NCBI GenBank assembly: GCA_951406725.2
Contig: OX597817.1
Location: forward strand, 115,320,001-115,384,000
Length of the DNA: 64,000 nucleotides
Source of the DNA: Octopus vulgaris
Taxonomy: Eukaryota
Reading direction: 5' to 3'
Shown here: piece after piece, positions 42,410-55,800 of the stretch
Layout: each line of letters opens with the position of its first letter
Position numbering within the stretch: position 1 is the first letter of the stretch
Translations under genes and position numbers: made by a program
Notes under the pieces: generated by a model
Databases searched by the model: none
Told to the model about the DNA's origin: nothing
The model's input: only the letters and a program-made list of their open reading frames with translations

Positions 42410-42845
42410 TCAAATTTTAGCACAAGGCCAACAATGTCGGAGGGAGGGATAAGTCGATTATATAGTCTTCAGTATTCGAATGGTACTTATTTTACTGACG
42501 CCGAAAAAAAAAAAAAAAAAAGGCAAACCCAACCTCGGCGAAATTTGAATTCAGAATGTAAAGACGGACGAAAGGCCGGGAAGCGTTTTGCCCGGCGTGC
42601 TAACAGTTCTACCAGTTCATCACCCTAAAATATTGGCTTCAAATTTTGACACAAGGTCTGCTGTTTGGAAGGAAGATATAAGTTGATTATATAGACCCCA
42701 GTACTCAAATGATACTTATTTTATCGACACCGAAAGATATGAAGGTTAAAATCGACGTCGGTAAAATTAGATCTATGAATGTAAAGACAGACGAACTGCC
42801 GCTAAAGTATTTTTCCTGGCGTGCTAATGATTTTACCTGATCGCA
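42410..42845 (-). mobile_element. Two tandem tRNA-derived SINE copies
   Basis: Same family motifs, at ~42410-42625 and ~42640-42845. Confidence 0.7.
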
Positions 42846-43416
42846 TTCTTAATATGCTCAAAAATATTAAATTTTCTCTGAATCAATGTCTTTAGTTCAT
42901 ATTTCAGAGAGTATAAGTTGCTTTAAGCATGAGTGAATGAAATACATCTTTCTTAACCATGAATTAATATTGAAAGAATGAAATGTCGTTGTTCTTTAAT
43001 ATCACCTGAAAAATACTTCATTATTTGATACATAGAATATTATTTTTATATCTTTTACGTAAATCCATCATACAAGCGCATACACCTATATACACACATA
43101 CACATGTATCGATCTATTGGTCTGTCTGTCTGCCTGCATGTCTGCATTTCTATCTGTTTCTCAGTCTGATTTTGTCTGTCCTTGTCTCTGTCATTTTCTG
43201 ACTCTCTGCATTTATATGTTCTTTCTCTTTTATTCTTCGAGGAGTTTCAATCAGCAGCTGAGGCCATGCACATATGAAGCCACACTTATACATACACACA
43301 AATGTCGTGTATATATATATATAATTGAGGACATTTCGTTTTTTGTTCAATACACCTTCAAGTTGTCTAATGCATCATTTTCTTTTTCAGAGTACCCTTT
43401 CAAGATATGTTAACTC

Positions 43417-44097
43417 ATGAAAGGAAAATCATGCAGTCTTAGCTGCTTTACATGCAAACCACAGTGATTTAGAAATTAGCAACTTCCTAAATGTTGCAAG
43501 ATCCTTTGTACACAAAGTTCGGTTGGAATTGGAGACATGTGATAGTAATGTTTCATCTGTATCAAAGAAAAAAAACATTCACAGTGCTCAAACACTAAAA
43601 GGACACCGTAATTTATAAATACTCAAAACTTTATCGATGAAAACCCAACATGATCAATGAGTTCCATTTCTAAAGAATTTCGGATGTCAGAGTGGACTAT
43701 CAGAACTGCGGTACAACGTGACATTCGATACAAGTCCTAGGTATAAGGAAAGGCTAATTCGTGTATATAGAGACACAGGAAATCGTCTCATCTGTTCAAA
43801 ACGGTTCTTAACAAGGTGAAAAACCCGAATGAACAAGGCATGCTTTGGTTTTTATCGGACGAAAAATAATCTGAACATGTTCAAAAGTCTAACAGAAAAA
43901 AAGACAGGTGTTAATGTGCAGATCCTTCTGACGTTCCCAGGGCGATGCACACGAAATTTCCAGCACCTGCGATGGTTTTAGGAGTGGTGAGTAGCGAAGG
44001 TCATGTGATGCTTCCCCACTTTATTCCACTGGATCTTAGAATTAACGCCGTTGGATACGTTGAGGTACTGGAAACTGTTATGAAGCCCTGGCTGAAC
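43417..44097 (+). mobile_element. Degenerate Tc1/mariner-superfamily transposase fragment
   Basis: HAVLAALHANHSDLEISNFLNVARSFVHKVR (HTH), WFLSDEK, HTKFPAPAMVLGVVSSEGHVM, YVEVLETVMKPWL. Truncated at the next element. Confidence 0.8.
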
Positions 44098-45357
44098 TAC
44101 GCTAATAGATTTTAAATGAAAATAGCCCATCTAGACATTTTTTCAGAAAATGAAGAGTAATGATACATATTAGGCACACATGGATTTTATATTTAACAGA
44201 AAACATTTATTGACATAATAAATTATTTAGCCACATGACCGCCATTTCGACGTGTAACCTTAAAAACGCTATTGTTAATTTCTTAATAGTATCAGGCTGG
44301 ACTACCTATGCTGCTGCTTTCATGGTCGCCCATAAAACATCTTCCAACATAAATTGGCGTCCATCGGCATATACATCCAAAGATTTTCGATAGGGTGTAG
44401 ATCCAGAGATGCTGGCGACCACATCATCGTATGCCGTATGGCCCTAGTAATATTTGGATGGTACTTGCAGAGTGGGTTGGTGTGTTGTCATGCATGATTC
44501 CGAGATTCCTTAGAAGCGACAGCAGTATGTCGTCTAGCCAGAGATCAAAGACATCCTTCAGGAGAGTGCAGTAGTCGCTGCGGTTACTTTAAGCTCCTCC
44601 AGACACCCTGACTGGTCCAACGCGTCTGTCCTCAATGATATCAGCTCACAACAATACTCTTCCATGCTGGTGTTCACATCGTAAACGTTGGTAACGCTAC
44701 TCTCCAAAATAGACCTGACCATTTGCCCAACCGTCAGGTCTGTCAAGGCTCACCTTAGTTTCGTCAGTGAGCTGAACATAACTCATACCTAACGGCATGT
44801 ACTTTTGGGCCCATTAAAGCCTCAAACTCCTGTGATGGGGCTTTAAAGGAGGCAGTTTCAGGGGTTCTCGCGTGGAAGTCATGTTCTATAATATGCGATT
44901 TCTGGTGGTTTTCGGTACATGAGGCGATGATATTGGCTTTGCTTGTTTGTCCATGTTTCCCACGTAACTTGCACCCAGTATTCCTAAAATTCCTAGCTCT
45001 CACAGTCTTCGAGGTTCCCCAATTGGATCGTTTCTTCCTTGGCGAAGGGTCTTTCAGTAATCATCTAACCGTGTCCATGTAACGATTTAACTTCTTCATA
45101 TTGACAAAGAGAGGTACCTTTCGCACGTGCCTTGATGATGACAAGGCCTTCATCGTTAAGGCCTTTTCCACTTCCCATTGTTCTTAGAGACGCTATTAGT
45201 GTGGTTCACCCGAAAAGAAAGGACGTTACACAGATTAATGAAAACATGACAATAGTGTTGCCTTAGTGTGCAAATTAGGTGGAAAAAGTTTTATCAAAAT
45301 CAATTCACAAAAAAACGAGGAATCCTAAATTTCACTCGTAAGATGTTAGCGTGGTTC
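44097..45357 (-). mobile_element. Degenerate Tc1/Tc3-like transposon
   Basis: Minus-strand remnants PDGW, IMHDNTPTHSA and WSPASLDLHP. Imperfect TIRs ACTACGCTAA.. (44097) / ..TTAGCGTGGT (~45356). Confidence 0.65.
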
Positions 45358-45369
45358 TGGGTATATCTG

Positions 45370-45515
<146 letters not shown>

Positions 45516-47082
45516 CACCTATATACATGCCTACGCAATCACAGGCACGAATGCGTACATATATCGGTACAGCATAAACTTGTTCATGATTTTGATGTAC
45601 TCATATTTCTAGTCATGTTCTAGAAATGTTTATCTTAGAACGTATGTTATTGGTAATAAAAAACTAAAAGCTCAGTGATTGTATCATCAAGATATGAAAA
45701 TAAGTAACGGGTAACTATTTAAAATATGTCTGGTCAGTTGGTTAAAGAGATCAAAAATTGCCCCCTGCATCATATCATTTGAGAGTATATGTGTGAGTGT
45801 GTTGGGGAAATTTGCATGGAAACAGTCTGAAACTTATTCAGAATTAGCTGTTAAAAAGACTATCTCTTTGCATCTTTTTTACATCCTAAATTTCCTACGG
45901 CACTTCTCTTTCTTTCGTTCTTTCTCTCTTTCTTCCTTTCTTTCCCATTAAATATAATGATTAGAAATTAATAAGATTTGTTATTTTTCCCTAATATGCC
46001 CATGCGGAAGTAAATGCTTTTTTTATGTTGAAGGCAAAGAAATCAATTACTTATCATAATGAACGCCATCCCTGAGTGACTTCAATCGTCTTTAAATGTA
46101 GAAGTCACATGGACTGTCTGCTTCTATAATAGTGAAAATATGTGCGTAATAAATCTATCGATATTTTTTTCTCTGTCAGTCTCTTTGTTAACTTGCTACT
46201 CTCACCGCAGGTTTTCAAATTTATTAGTGCTGTTTTTGATCATTTAATTATTTTCCATTTCCATCATTAACACTTTTATTTCTCTTTTCTCAAAACTTGC
46301 CAGGGTTCTAATCTATAATACTTTTACTTTGATTCTTGGCCTCTCTTTGCGTTTTCACCTTTTCACAGATTCCTCGGTTATACTTTGCTATTTTTTCTTA
46401 CTCTTTCCTGTATTCTTCACCATTATTGCTCTCTATTACATTTCTATAAATGCATATCATAATGAACGACAAAACCCTCTTGTGACAAAAGATACTTTCT
46501 GTTCTATAATTTATACATTTTATATTCGAAAACAATTATTTTCACTTTTGGGCTGTCATTTTTGCATTCAATATTTAAGCCAATCCACTGTTTCTAGTAT
46601 AAAAAGTGGTTCTAGTTTGGTCGTTCAAACTTCAATGCAAAAACAAAAGAAAAAATATATCCCACTTGTTTTTAATGTAATCCATTTATTACAATATCAC
46701 TATTATACAAATTGGTATTTATAAAATTTCGTCACTTTGTTATTGAATTTTACCAAACACAAAGTACATGTCACACCATTGCTACGATTTCAAGTAGTAC
46801 ATTAAATATCGTATTAAATAATCCTCTCTACTATATGCACAACACTTGAACTTGTGGGTAGGGGACTAGTTAATTACACCGACGCAAGTGCTCAACTGGT
46901 ACTTAATTTGAACTCAGAACATAAAGACATTTTGCCCGTTGTGCTAAAGATATCGCCAATGCCAAGAATCACATATAATCATGTTCTCCAAGATCAATCT
47001 AAATAATCTTATTTTAGTTTACTAGCAATGTGTAGAGTAGGAAATCAAAGCAAAATTATTATGAATATAAATGGTATTTTTA

Positions 47083-47262
47083 AGGTAGTGAGGTGGTAGC
47101 ACGCCGGGCAAAAACTCCAGTGGAATTTCGTCCGTCTTCACTTTCTGAGTTCAGATTGCACCGAGATCGACTTAACCTTTATCCTTCTGTGGTCGATAAA
47201 TTATGTACCAGTTGAGCACTGGGTCAATATAATCCATTTAGTCCCTCCCACAAAATTTGAAA
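47083..47262 (+). mobile_element. tRNA-derived SINE
   Basis: AGCACGCCGGGC..GAGTTCAGATTGCACCGAGATCGAC..GGTCGATAAA..GTACCAG. Confidence 0.7.
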
Positions 47263-47541
47263 CCAACATAAATGTTATTACAAAAGCACGTCAGTAAGTA
47301 TACACGGGTTTGTGTCTTTCTTTTTATCAAGTACTTTATAAATATACACTTACATAGACACATAACGTATATATATTTATATATGTGTATATGGTAAGAA
47401 AATTGTTCTCAACAACATGATTCCAGGTTCAGTCCCACTGCACGGCACTTTAGACTTTAGACAAGTATTTTCTACTATAGCCTTGGGCCCGCCAAAGCCT
47501 TGTGAGTGGATTTGGTAGAGGAAAACTGAAGGAAACTCGTC

Positions 47542-47601
<60 letters not shown>

Positions 47602-47825
47602 GTGTGTGTGTGTGTGTGTGTGTGTTTATGTCATCTTGTCTGAATTTGGTTTGTTTACGTCGTTGTAACTTAGCGGTCCTGTAAAGAAAATAGAGGACAC
47701 AATAAATGGAAGGTTTAAAATAGTACTGGGATAGATTATAGATTCTTTCAAATAGAAATTCTTCAAGGCGATTCCTCAGCCGTGGTCTAATGATTGAAAC
47801 AAGTAGAAAATAAAAGATATGCACG

Positions 47826-47872
<47 letters not shown>

Positions 47873-47880
47873 GCACGCAC

Positions 47881-47935
<55 letters not shown>

Positions 47936-49894
47936 GCACATGTATACATACTCAGTCAGACTAATACAGCTCGACTATCCTACCTCCTTCATTGTATATA
48001 TTTCGGCTCTGAAAATTAGGCATCTTTTTGTTCGTAAAAATATAATAAACTATTTTATTGGGATGACATATAATTATATCTAATGTGTTTTACGATACCA
48101 GTAACAGAAATGATGTGATGTAGTGTTGCAGCAAAAACAAGTTGATCGTACTTCAATGTGAATAGAATAACGGTGATTGAGCAAGATCGGTTATTCATGG
48201 CAAAGAATAGATACTATTGCTGTTGAAAAAAAAAATTGAAAAAAATGAAAAAAGATATTCTTGTGGTTTTAAAAACATTCAGCCATGCGTTCTTGATAAT
48301 TCTCAACAAAATGGAAGAAATCTAAAGAACTTTAGTCTACGAAGAGAAATTTCTCCTATTGATTTCATTATTGCGGAAGAATAACGCCGTTATACAAAAC
48401 TTGAGAAGTAGACTAGCGGACACGAGGTTTATAATTGCAATAGAGTTGAAGTCAATTTAAGCCCGAATATTCTGTCTTTTGAGTAATTTTGTCTGAGGTA
48501 TGTCCAAGGTTTCGTTTCTTTAGAAATGGGATATATAGCATTTATGATGAAACATCAGCGAATTATTTCAGGATGCTTATAGATGTCGGATCCAATTTAC
48601 TCAAAACTAATGCCTCCAAGTACATTTTTTAATATCTAAGGGGAATATTTGGTTAAGTTTCATAAATATTGTGTGAAATATTTTGTTATTCAGGTTAATC
48701 CCGCAGAAAATTTTTTTTTTTCTTTGTATATCATGAAATCACGAGGCGTGTCAGTCTTCAATGCTTTCGTTTTTTCTTGGTTTTCCAGCACCGCTTTGTA
48801 TTTTCTACATAAATTCTGAGTGTAGCTGAATGTATAATTTCATAAATGGGGACACAAACTCCTTTCTAAACATGAATGATTCTAATAGGACAATGTATGG
48901 CTATCGTAAAGGGGATTTTAATCTATGAGATAATCGGAGACCCATTTGTTCAGCTTTCCTGTTATGATTCAGCTCATAATGTATAATTTCATAGTTAATC
49001 AAGTCAAATATTTTGACAAAAGCAAGGTACACATAACTAACATACTTTCAGAAAGTTTATAAGTGGATTCTTATGTTGTACGTATACCTAATATTATCTT
49101 CCGGGAGCAAAAGGGTCTGGATATTGTTAAAAAGGTTTTTGATGTCCAAAAAAATCTATCATACTTTTGTATGTAAATATTCTATATACTCATTAGAGGT
49201 ATAAGTGACAGCGATCGTCAATTATTTGTAGGAACCAAAATTTTCATTAATATAAAAGATATATTCCTTCAGCGTGTATGTGTGTGAGTGGGTACTAGTG
49301 CGAACATTCTATCTTTAAGATAGCATGTTTTACTTTGATTTGCTATCATTGTATTATATATTCGCAAATATACATATGGCATGTGGAAAGAATGCTAGCA
49401 TGACATGCAGCATGAATGAAACTCTAACATCAATAATGGGAAACGTGAAGCAGAGCTATGAGTTGAAATGCAATTATGCTGAAAGAATGTGCATTTACAA
49501 AGCAATGAAAAATTACTACGTAAATACTACCGATAAATTTTAATATGACATAAATATATATACACGCTACGATACATTTTTGATACAGTTATTTTGCGTT
49601 AGTAGACTTAATATTATCATGAATACAGTGATCTTATTTATGTTTATGTCTCATCAAAAGTGGAGCCCATCTCAACCGCCTTATTGACACTCTTTTGATG
49701 CAAACCGAATGAAAGAGGTTTATTGTTTGCTTATATATAACATGCAGTTACATAATTAAATGCTGTTACTTATAAAATCAGAGTTAAGCAAAGCAAGCTG
49801 ATATGCTGATATATAATAGTAAAGTAATGTTAGTATTACTTATGTTAAAGAAACAGGCTTTTATAAACAAAAACGCCACACTGCATTTATTTTG

Positions 49895-50305
49895 TTGTAA
49901 CTTCCTCAGAAATGAATATTTTTCAATGATATTTTCTACAAATATGCTTCAAATAGAGTAGATTCCAGTTACATCTGAATTTGTTGTGAAAAAAATGTTT
50001 TCGAAGAGGTGAGAGAAGAGATTCAGACAATTCACTTGGATCGGATTTCTTACCTTATAGAAAAGTAGGTGTTATTAAATAAAGTTTTCGAGAAATATAT
50101 TTGAAAGTGCTTATGTTCCGATTATATCAGAATTTAATACGCACATAAAATTTGGTGGGATAGCACACAATCATACTCACAGTTATATTATTTTTTTCCA
50201 AAAATATATCATCACAACAAATTCCAATATAATCCTAATGTACACCATCTGAAGTATATTTGTAGAAGATTTCATTAAAGATATCCAAGTTTCTGAAAGT
50301 TATAG
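49895..50305. mobile_element. MITE-like element with ~55-bp imperfect inverted repeats
   Basis: TCAGAAATGAATATTTTTCAATGATATTTTCTACAAATATGCTTCA (~49906) is an inverted match to TGAAGTATATTTGTAGAAGATTTCATTAAAGATATCCAAGTTTCTGA (~50250). Confidence 0.5.
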
Positions 50306-50869
50306 GGAAAGGAATTCGTTAGGGCACACATGTGTAGGTATTCGTCAGCTGTATCTGGTTGATATATGATATATACAAACACAAATGTGCTCCACAGATT
50401 TTGTTTAGGTTCAGGAAGTAGATGTATAGGGGTAGGAGAATAGATGAGAATATATGTATTTGTAGAGTGTAAGTTGATAAACAGTCACTGGGCGAAGAAT
50501 TACTTTGGTTTGCTGTCAGGCATCATCTAACTTTTAAGTTTCAATTAAACGTTGATATAATTATGTGAAGAGATGTGTTAAATTTAAATGAGTTGGATTC
50601 AAGACAAGTCTTTGTATAGAATACGTAAATATTTGTGTAAGCGTAAGTATCCGTGTGTTTTAGGGTTTACAACCCGAATAGTTGTAGAGGAATTAGTTGG
50701 TCAACCAACGCATATCATGCTGAGGTAAAGTTAGTGTCGTTGTTACATATCTGTCAACAAATTTTGAATTTTGTCTTTACTTTCTTAGGTTTGAAACACT
50801 ATGCTGCTCTTCTATTTTATTTGTCTAGACAGCTTCTAGCATGGTTATTTGTACCTGATGATATTAGTA

Positions 50870-51905
50870 GAGAAAATACATGCACATACTCGAACAGCGG
50901 AGCTCAGCACCCCTATCCAGCACAAAGCAACATCTGTCGACCCTTTCTCAGCACAGAGTAGCTACTCGGCTAGACGGCGCTGCTGAACTCCTGTTCGAAA
51001 ATATATAATTTTCAAAGTTACACATAGTTACTGATCTAATATATAGAAACATTAACATTTCTAAATCTCTCAAAGAGAGATATTGAGTAACAGTCGTTTC
51101 GATCTGGCTATACAACACAATATATGTATCCTTATAATTTCGAACACAGCAGCTCATTACCCCCATCCAGCAGAAAACAACATCTGTGGATCAGTTTCTG
51201 AGATATCATCCTTTCTCAGCTCGGCGGGATGGCAATTCTGGACTCCCGTTCGAAAATATATAATTTTCAAAGTGACACAGCCACTGATCTATTAATACAA
51301 ATATTATTATTTCCAAATATCTCAAAGAGAGATATTCAGTAACAGTACTTTAAAGTAAAAACTATTTGCCAACATAATGTGGCAGTCTAGATGGGACGTA
51401 TGTTACTGTTGTTTATCCCCAGGAAATGTCGTTTCCATCTAGCTATATGACACAATATCTGTGTCCTTATATTTTCGAACAGGAGAACTCAGCACCTCCA
51501 TCCAGAACAAGGCAACATCTGCGGACCGGTTTCTGGGCTATTGCCCTTTCTCAGTGCTGTTCGACTAAACGAACTCCCGTTCGAAAATATATAATTTTCA
51601 ATGTGACAAACAGTCACTGATCTAACGAATAGGAACATTATGCCACATTATGTTGGCAAATATTCTTTACTTTTCTTTACTGACTATCTATCATTGAGAG
51701 GTTTAGAAATAATGTTTCTATTTATTAGATCAGTGAGAGTGTGTTACTTGTATCAAATCAGTGACTGTGTGTCGCTTTGAAAATTATATATTTTCAAACA
51801 GGAATTCAGCAACGTCGAGAAAGAGCAAATAACCCAGAAACCGGTTCACAGATGTTGCTTTGTGCTGGACGGTGAGCTCCCCTGCTCGAAAATATAAGAA
51901 CACAA
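50870..51905. repeat. Diverged tandem + inverted repeat array (~250-330-bp units)
   Basis: TCGAACAG..CTCAGCAC..CCAG.A.AA.GCAACATCTG and CGAAAATATATAATTTTCAA occur three times forward (~50890, ~51140, ~51476) and once inverted (~51750-51905). Confidence 0.7.
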
Positions 51906-52074
51906 GCACACAGTCAAAGACACACACACACACACACACCAGTTATATGAGAGCCTATGCAAATGCTGGTGGTCGGCAAGGGCAAAAATTTGATTATTTG
52001 TAGAAAATGAAACACCTATTTATTCATCTGTCTGTTTGGCTATCTGTCTGTTTGGCTATCTGTCTGCCTGCCTG

Positions 52075-52161
<87 letters not shown>

Positions 52162-52243
52162 GTCTATCTATCTATCTATATATCTATCTATCTGCACACG
52201 CACACACACACATAAATATATATGCATACACGTGCATATATAT

Positions 52244-52305
<62 letters not shown>

Positions 52306-52860
52306 TGAATGAGAGAGATAGATACCTATATACATATATAGTTCTTGAAATATTTGAATAAATCTGGAAACGTTCTTATGTAGAATTAACTGTTCGGTAT
52401 GGCTTATTATGCGATACACCAGTTTACTATTACGCCAACATGAATGTTTACGCAAACTTTTACGTACTCTTAATATCACTGAACAGAACATCTCTCCGTA
52501 AACAACGTTGGCATTTTAAGATTTCTAATGTCGAGTGTCTTAATGATACACATCTATAAGCTAAGCAAAATTATTGGTGCTTCAACCTTCAAATAGTGAT
52601 TTTGTTTCGTATGATAATGCATACAGTACAAGGTGTTTTCAGAAGTATTTCGTGATTACTGCTTGGAAATGTCAGAATCAAAATGAGCCATGTTGGCTAT
52701 AATAAGTAGAATTCAATTTTACAGTCAGTTCAGTATGAATTCTGTAAATAGTATGAAATTATATTTGAACACGACCTCAAGTTTATCTCCTTTTCCGCTC
52801 TTTCCCGACTTACTTCTCTCTCTCTCTCTCTCTCTCTCGTTTTCTCTATCATTCACTCAA

Positions 52861-52902
<42 letters not shown>

Positions 52903-53179
52903 TTTATATATCTGTCTGCCTGTTGTCTATCTATTTATCTATCGATTTGTTTATGGTTACAATGCACAGAATACAAAAGACAAGGGCAGGTGAGGGAACA
53001 ACAAGCAGATGTATTAGCTAAACTCTCGGGAAGAATGGAAACGTCTTTGACGGTTCAGGCCTAGGCTCTTCGATAGAAAGTGTCGAAATGCAAAAAAAAT
53101 GAGAGAATGAATCAGAGAAAAATGGAGTGAGTTAAAAATTGTCGCAATTAACGGTTTAATAAGGAATACATTCGTACAT

Positions 53180-53218
<39 letters not shown>

Positions 53219-53828
53219 TACACACAGACATACACACACACACACACATAGAATTAATATAGATAGCATATCGGTTTGCAATGTTTCACCATAAAGGAAC
53301 ATTATAATCATCACTAAATGTGACTAGGGTGTTAGAAACACCTAAATTGCTAGAAATAAGAACTAAAATGCTGTAATAATGTAGTCAGAGAACACCTAGA
53401 ATTCTCGAAGCATGTTGTTCTTCCATCCTTATGTATATACATAAATACTAACATACATATATTCATATGTGTGTGTGTGTTAACGCATATGCATTTATTA
53501 TAAAGCGAGAGATGAAGAGAGAGGGAGAGAATCATAATCATCACCTCATCTCGACAGCCGTGCAGTTTTGTTATAAAAAGTGTTGTTATAAGAAGTGTTC
53601 ACAATGGTCCGTCGTGCTTGCAAAAATCCGACACATTTTAGGAGCATAGGAGATAATGGAACATGAAGAACTCACGCAGATCACTATTCGGATCAACTTT
53701 GAAAGATAATTCTGGCTTAGCAAACGAAAAAATTGCTAAACCATCTATGCTGATGAGAACTAGTAATGCATAAACAAGTCAAGAAATTTCTCACATACCG
53801 AAAGAATTATTACAATTAATAATCAATA

Positions 53829-53922
<94 letters not shown>

Positions 53923-54044
53923 CAACAATAAAGGAACGGCCATAATAGGCCATTCACCCACTAGAAATAACAGCCAAAGCTTCAACCGCAAATAAAAGTT
54001 AATTCAGTAAACCAGGAGAAAATTTAAAAAACATTTACCCTGTA

Positions 54045-54151
54045 ATTTCTTATACGATATACCGTTTCATCTGCTGATTAATGGTAAACTAACCTGATTA
54101 AATTAAATCAAGCCAATCTTCCACAGGCCCTCAGATTCTTCAGTAAGAAAT
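54045..54151 (-). ncRNA. Type I hammerhead ribozyme, copy 1
   Basis: Reverse complement of the motif at 55202-55308. Confidence 0.85.
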
Positions 54152-54537
54152 AGCCCAAGACGGAACAGATATTTTCACGAGGCATTTCCGACGTTGCCAA
54201 GTTTATATCTGACCTAAAATTTTCAAATCGTCGCACTCGCGCCAAATTTATCGGCAGCAAATAAATATAAGCCGTCGATTCCATTACGGAATTAACCAGA
54301 AAATTCATAATTAATCAATATAGGGTGGCAAAAAAAAATTTGTAGAATTCTTTTGCCACCAGCGGCCTAGTAGGAAAAAATTAAAATAGTCATAGACCAT
54401 TTTTAAGTTTAACATCAACAATAAAGGAACGGCCATAATAGGCCATTCACCCACTAGAAATAACAGCCAAAGCTTCAACCGCAAATAAAAGTTAATTCAG
54501 TAAACCAGGAGAAAATTTAAAAAACATTTACCCTGTA

Positions 54538-54644
54538 ATTTCTTATACGATATACCGTTTCATCTGCTGATTAATGGTAAACTAACCTGATTAAATTAAA
54601 TCAAGCCAATCTTCCACAGGCCCTCAGATTCTTCAGTAAGAAAT
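54538..54644 (-). ncRNA. Type I hammerhead ribozyme, copy 2
   Basis: Reverse complement of the motif at 55202-55308. Confidence 0.85.
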
Positions 54645-55201
54645 AGCCCAAGACGGAACAGATATTTTCACGAGGCATTTCCGACGTTGCCAAGTTTATA
54701 TCTGACCTAAAATTTTCAAATCGTCGCACTCGCGCCAAATTTATCGGCAGCAAATAAATATAAGCCGTCGATTCCATTACGGAATTAACCAGAAAATTCA
54801 TAATTAATCAATATAGGGTGGCAAAAAAAATTTTGTAGAATTCTTTTGCCACCAGCGGCCTAGTAGGAAAAAATTAAAAAGCTTTGGCTGTTATTTCTAG
54901 TGGGTGAATGGCCTATTATGGCCGTTCCTTTATTGTTGATGTTAAACTTAAAAATGGTCTATGACTATTTTAATTTTTTCCTACTAGGCCGCTGGTGGCA
55001 AAAGAATTCTACAAAATTTTTTTGCCACCCTATATTGATTAATTATGAATTTTCTGGTTAATTCCGTAATGGAATCGACGGCTTATATTTATTTGCTGCC
55101 GATAAATTTGGCGCGAGTGCGACGATTTGAAAATTTTAGGTCAGATATAAACTTGGCAACGTCGGAAATGCCTCGTGAAAATATCTGTTCCGTCTTGGGC
55201 T

Positions 55202-55308
55202 ATTTCTTACTGAAGAATCTGAGGGCCTGTGGAAGATTGGCTTGATTTAATTTAATCAGGTTAGTTTACCATTAATCAGCAGATGAAACGGTATATCGTA
55301 TAAGAAAT
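55202..55308 (+). ncRNA. Type I hammerhead ribozyme, copy 3
   Basis: Stem I ATTTCTTA/TAAGAAAT (8 bp). Core CTGAAGA (55210-16). Stem II ATCTG/CAGAT closing a 58-nt hairpin insert. GAAA (55285-88). Stem III CG-GTATAT-CG. Triplet GTA, cutting after 55300. Confidence 0.87.
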
Positions 55309-55693
55309 TACAGGGTAAATGTTTTTAAATTTTCTCCTGGTTTACTGAATTAACTTTTATTTGCGGTTGAAGCTTTGGCTGTTATTTCTAGTGGGTGAAT
55401 GGCCTATTATGGCCGTTCCTTTATTGTTGATGTTAAACTTAAAAATGGTCTATGACTATTTTAATTTTTTCCTACTAGGCCGCTGGTGGCAAAAGAATTC
55501 TACAAAATTTTTTTTGCCACCCTATATTGATTAATTATGAATTTTCTGGTTAATTCCGTAATGGAATCGACGGCTTATATTTATTTGCTGCCGATAAATT
55601 TGGCGCGAGTGCGACGATTTGAAAATTTTAGGTCAGATATAAACTTGGCAACGTCGGAAATGCCTCGTGAAAATATCTGTTCCGTCTTGGGCT

Positions 55694-55800
55694 ATTTCTT
55701 ACTGAAGAATCTGAGGGCCTGTGGAAGATTGGCTTGATTTAATTTAATCAGGTTAGTTTACCATTAATCAGCAGATGAAACGGTATATCGTATAAGAAAT
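55694..55800 (+). ncRNA. Type I hammerhead ribozyme, copy 4
   Basis: Identical to copy 3, 492 nt downstream, cutting after 55792. Confidence 0.87.

Noticed and set aside
50850-50885. CTGATGA..GAAA spacing
   Set aside because: No stem I, II or III complementarity.
55045-55245. 66-aa ORF (MNFLVNSVME..) present in all four repeat units
   Set aside because: It recurs only because the DNA is repeated. It has no recognisable motif and overlaps the ribozyme core, so there is no evidence of coding function.
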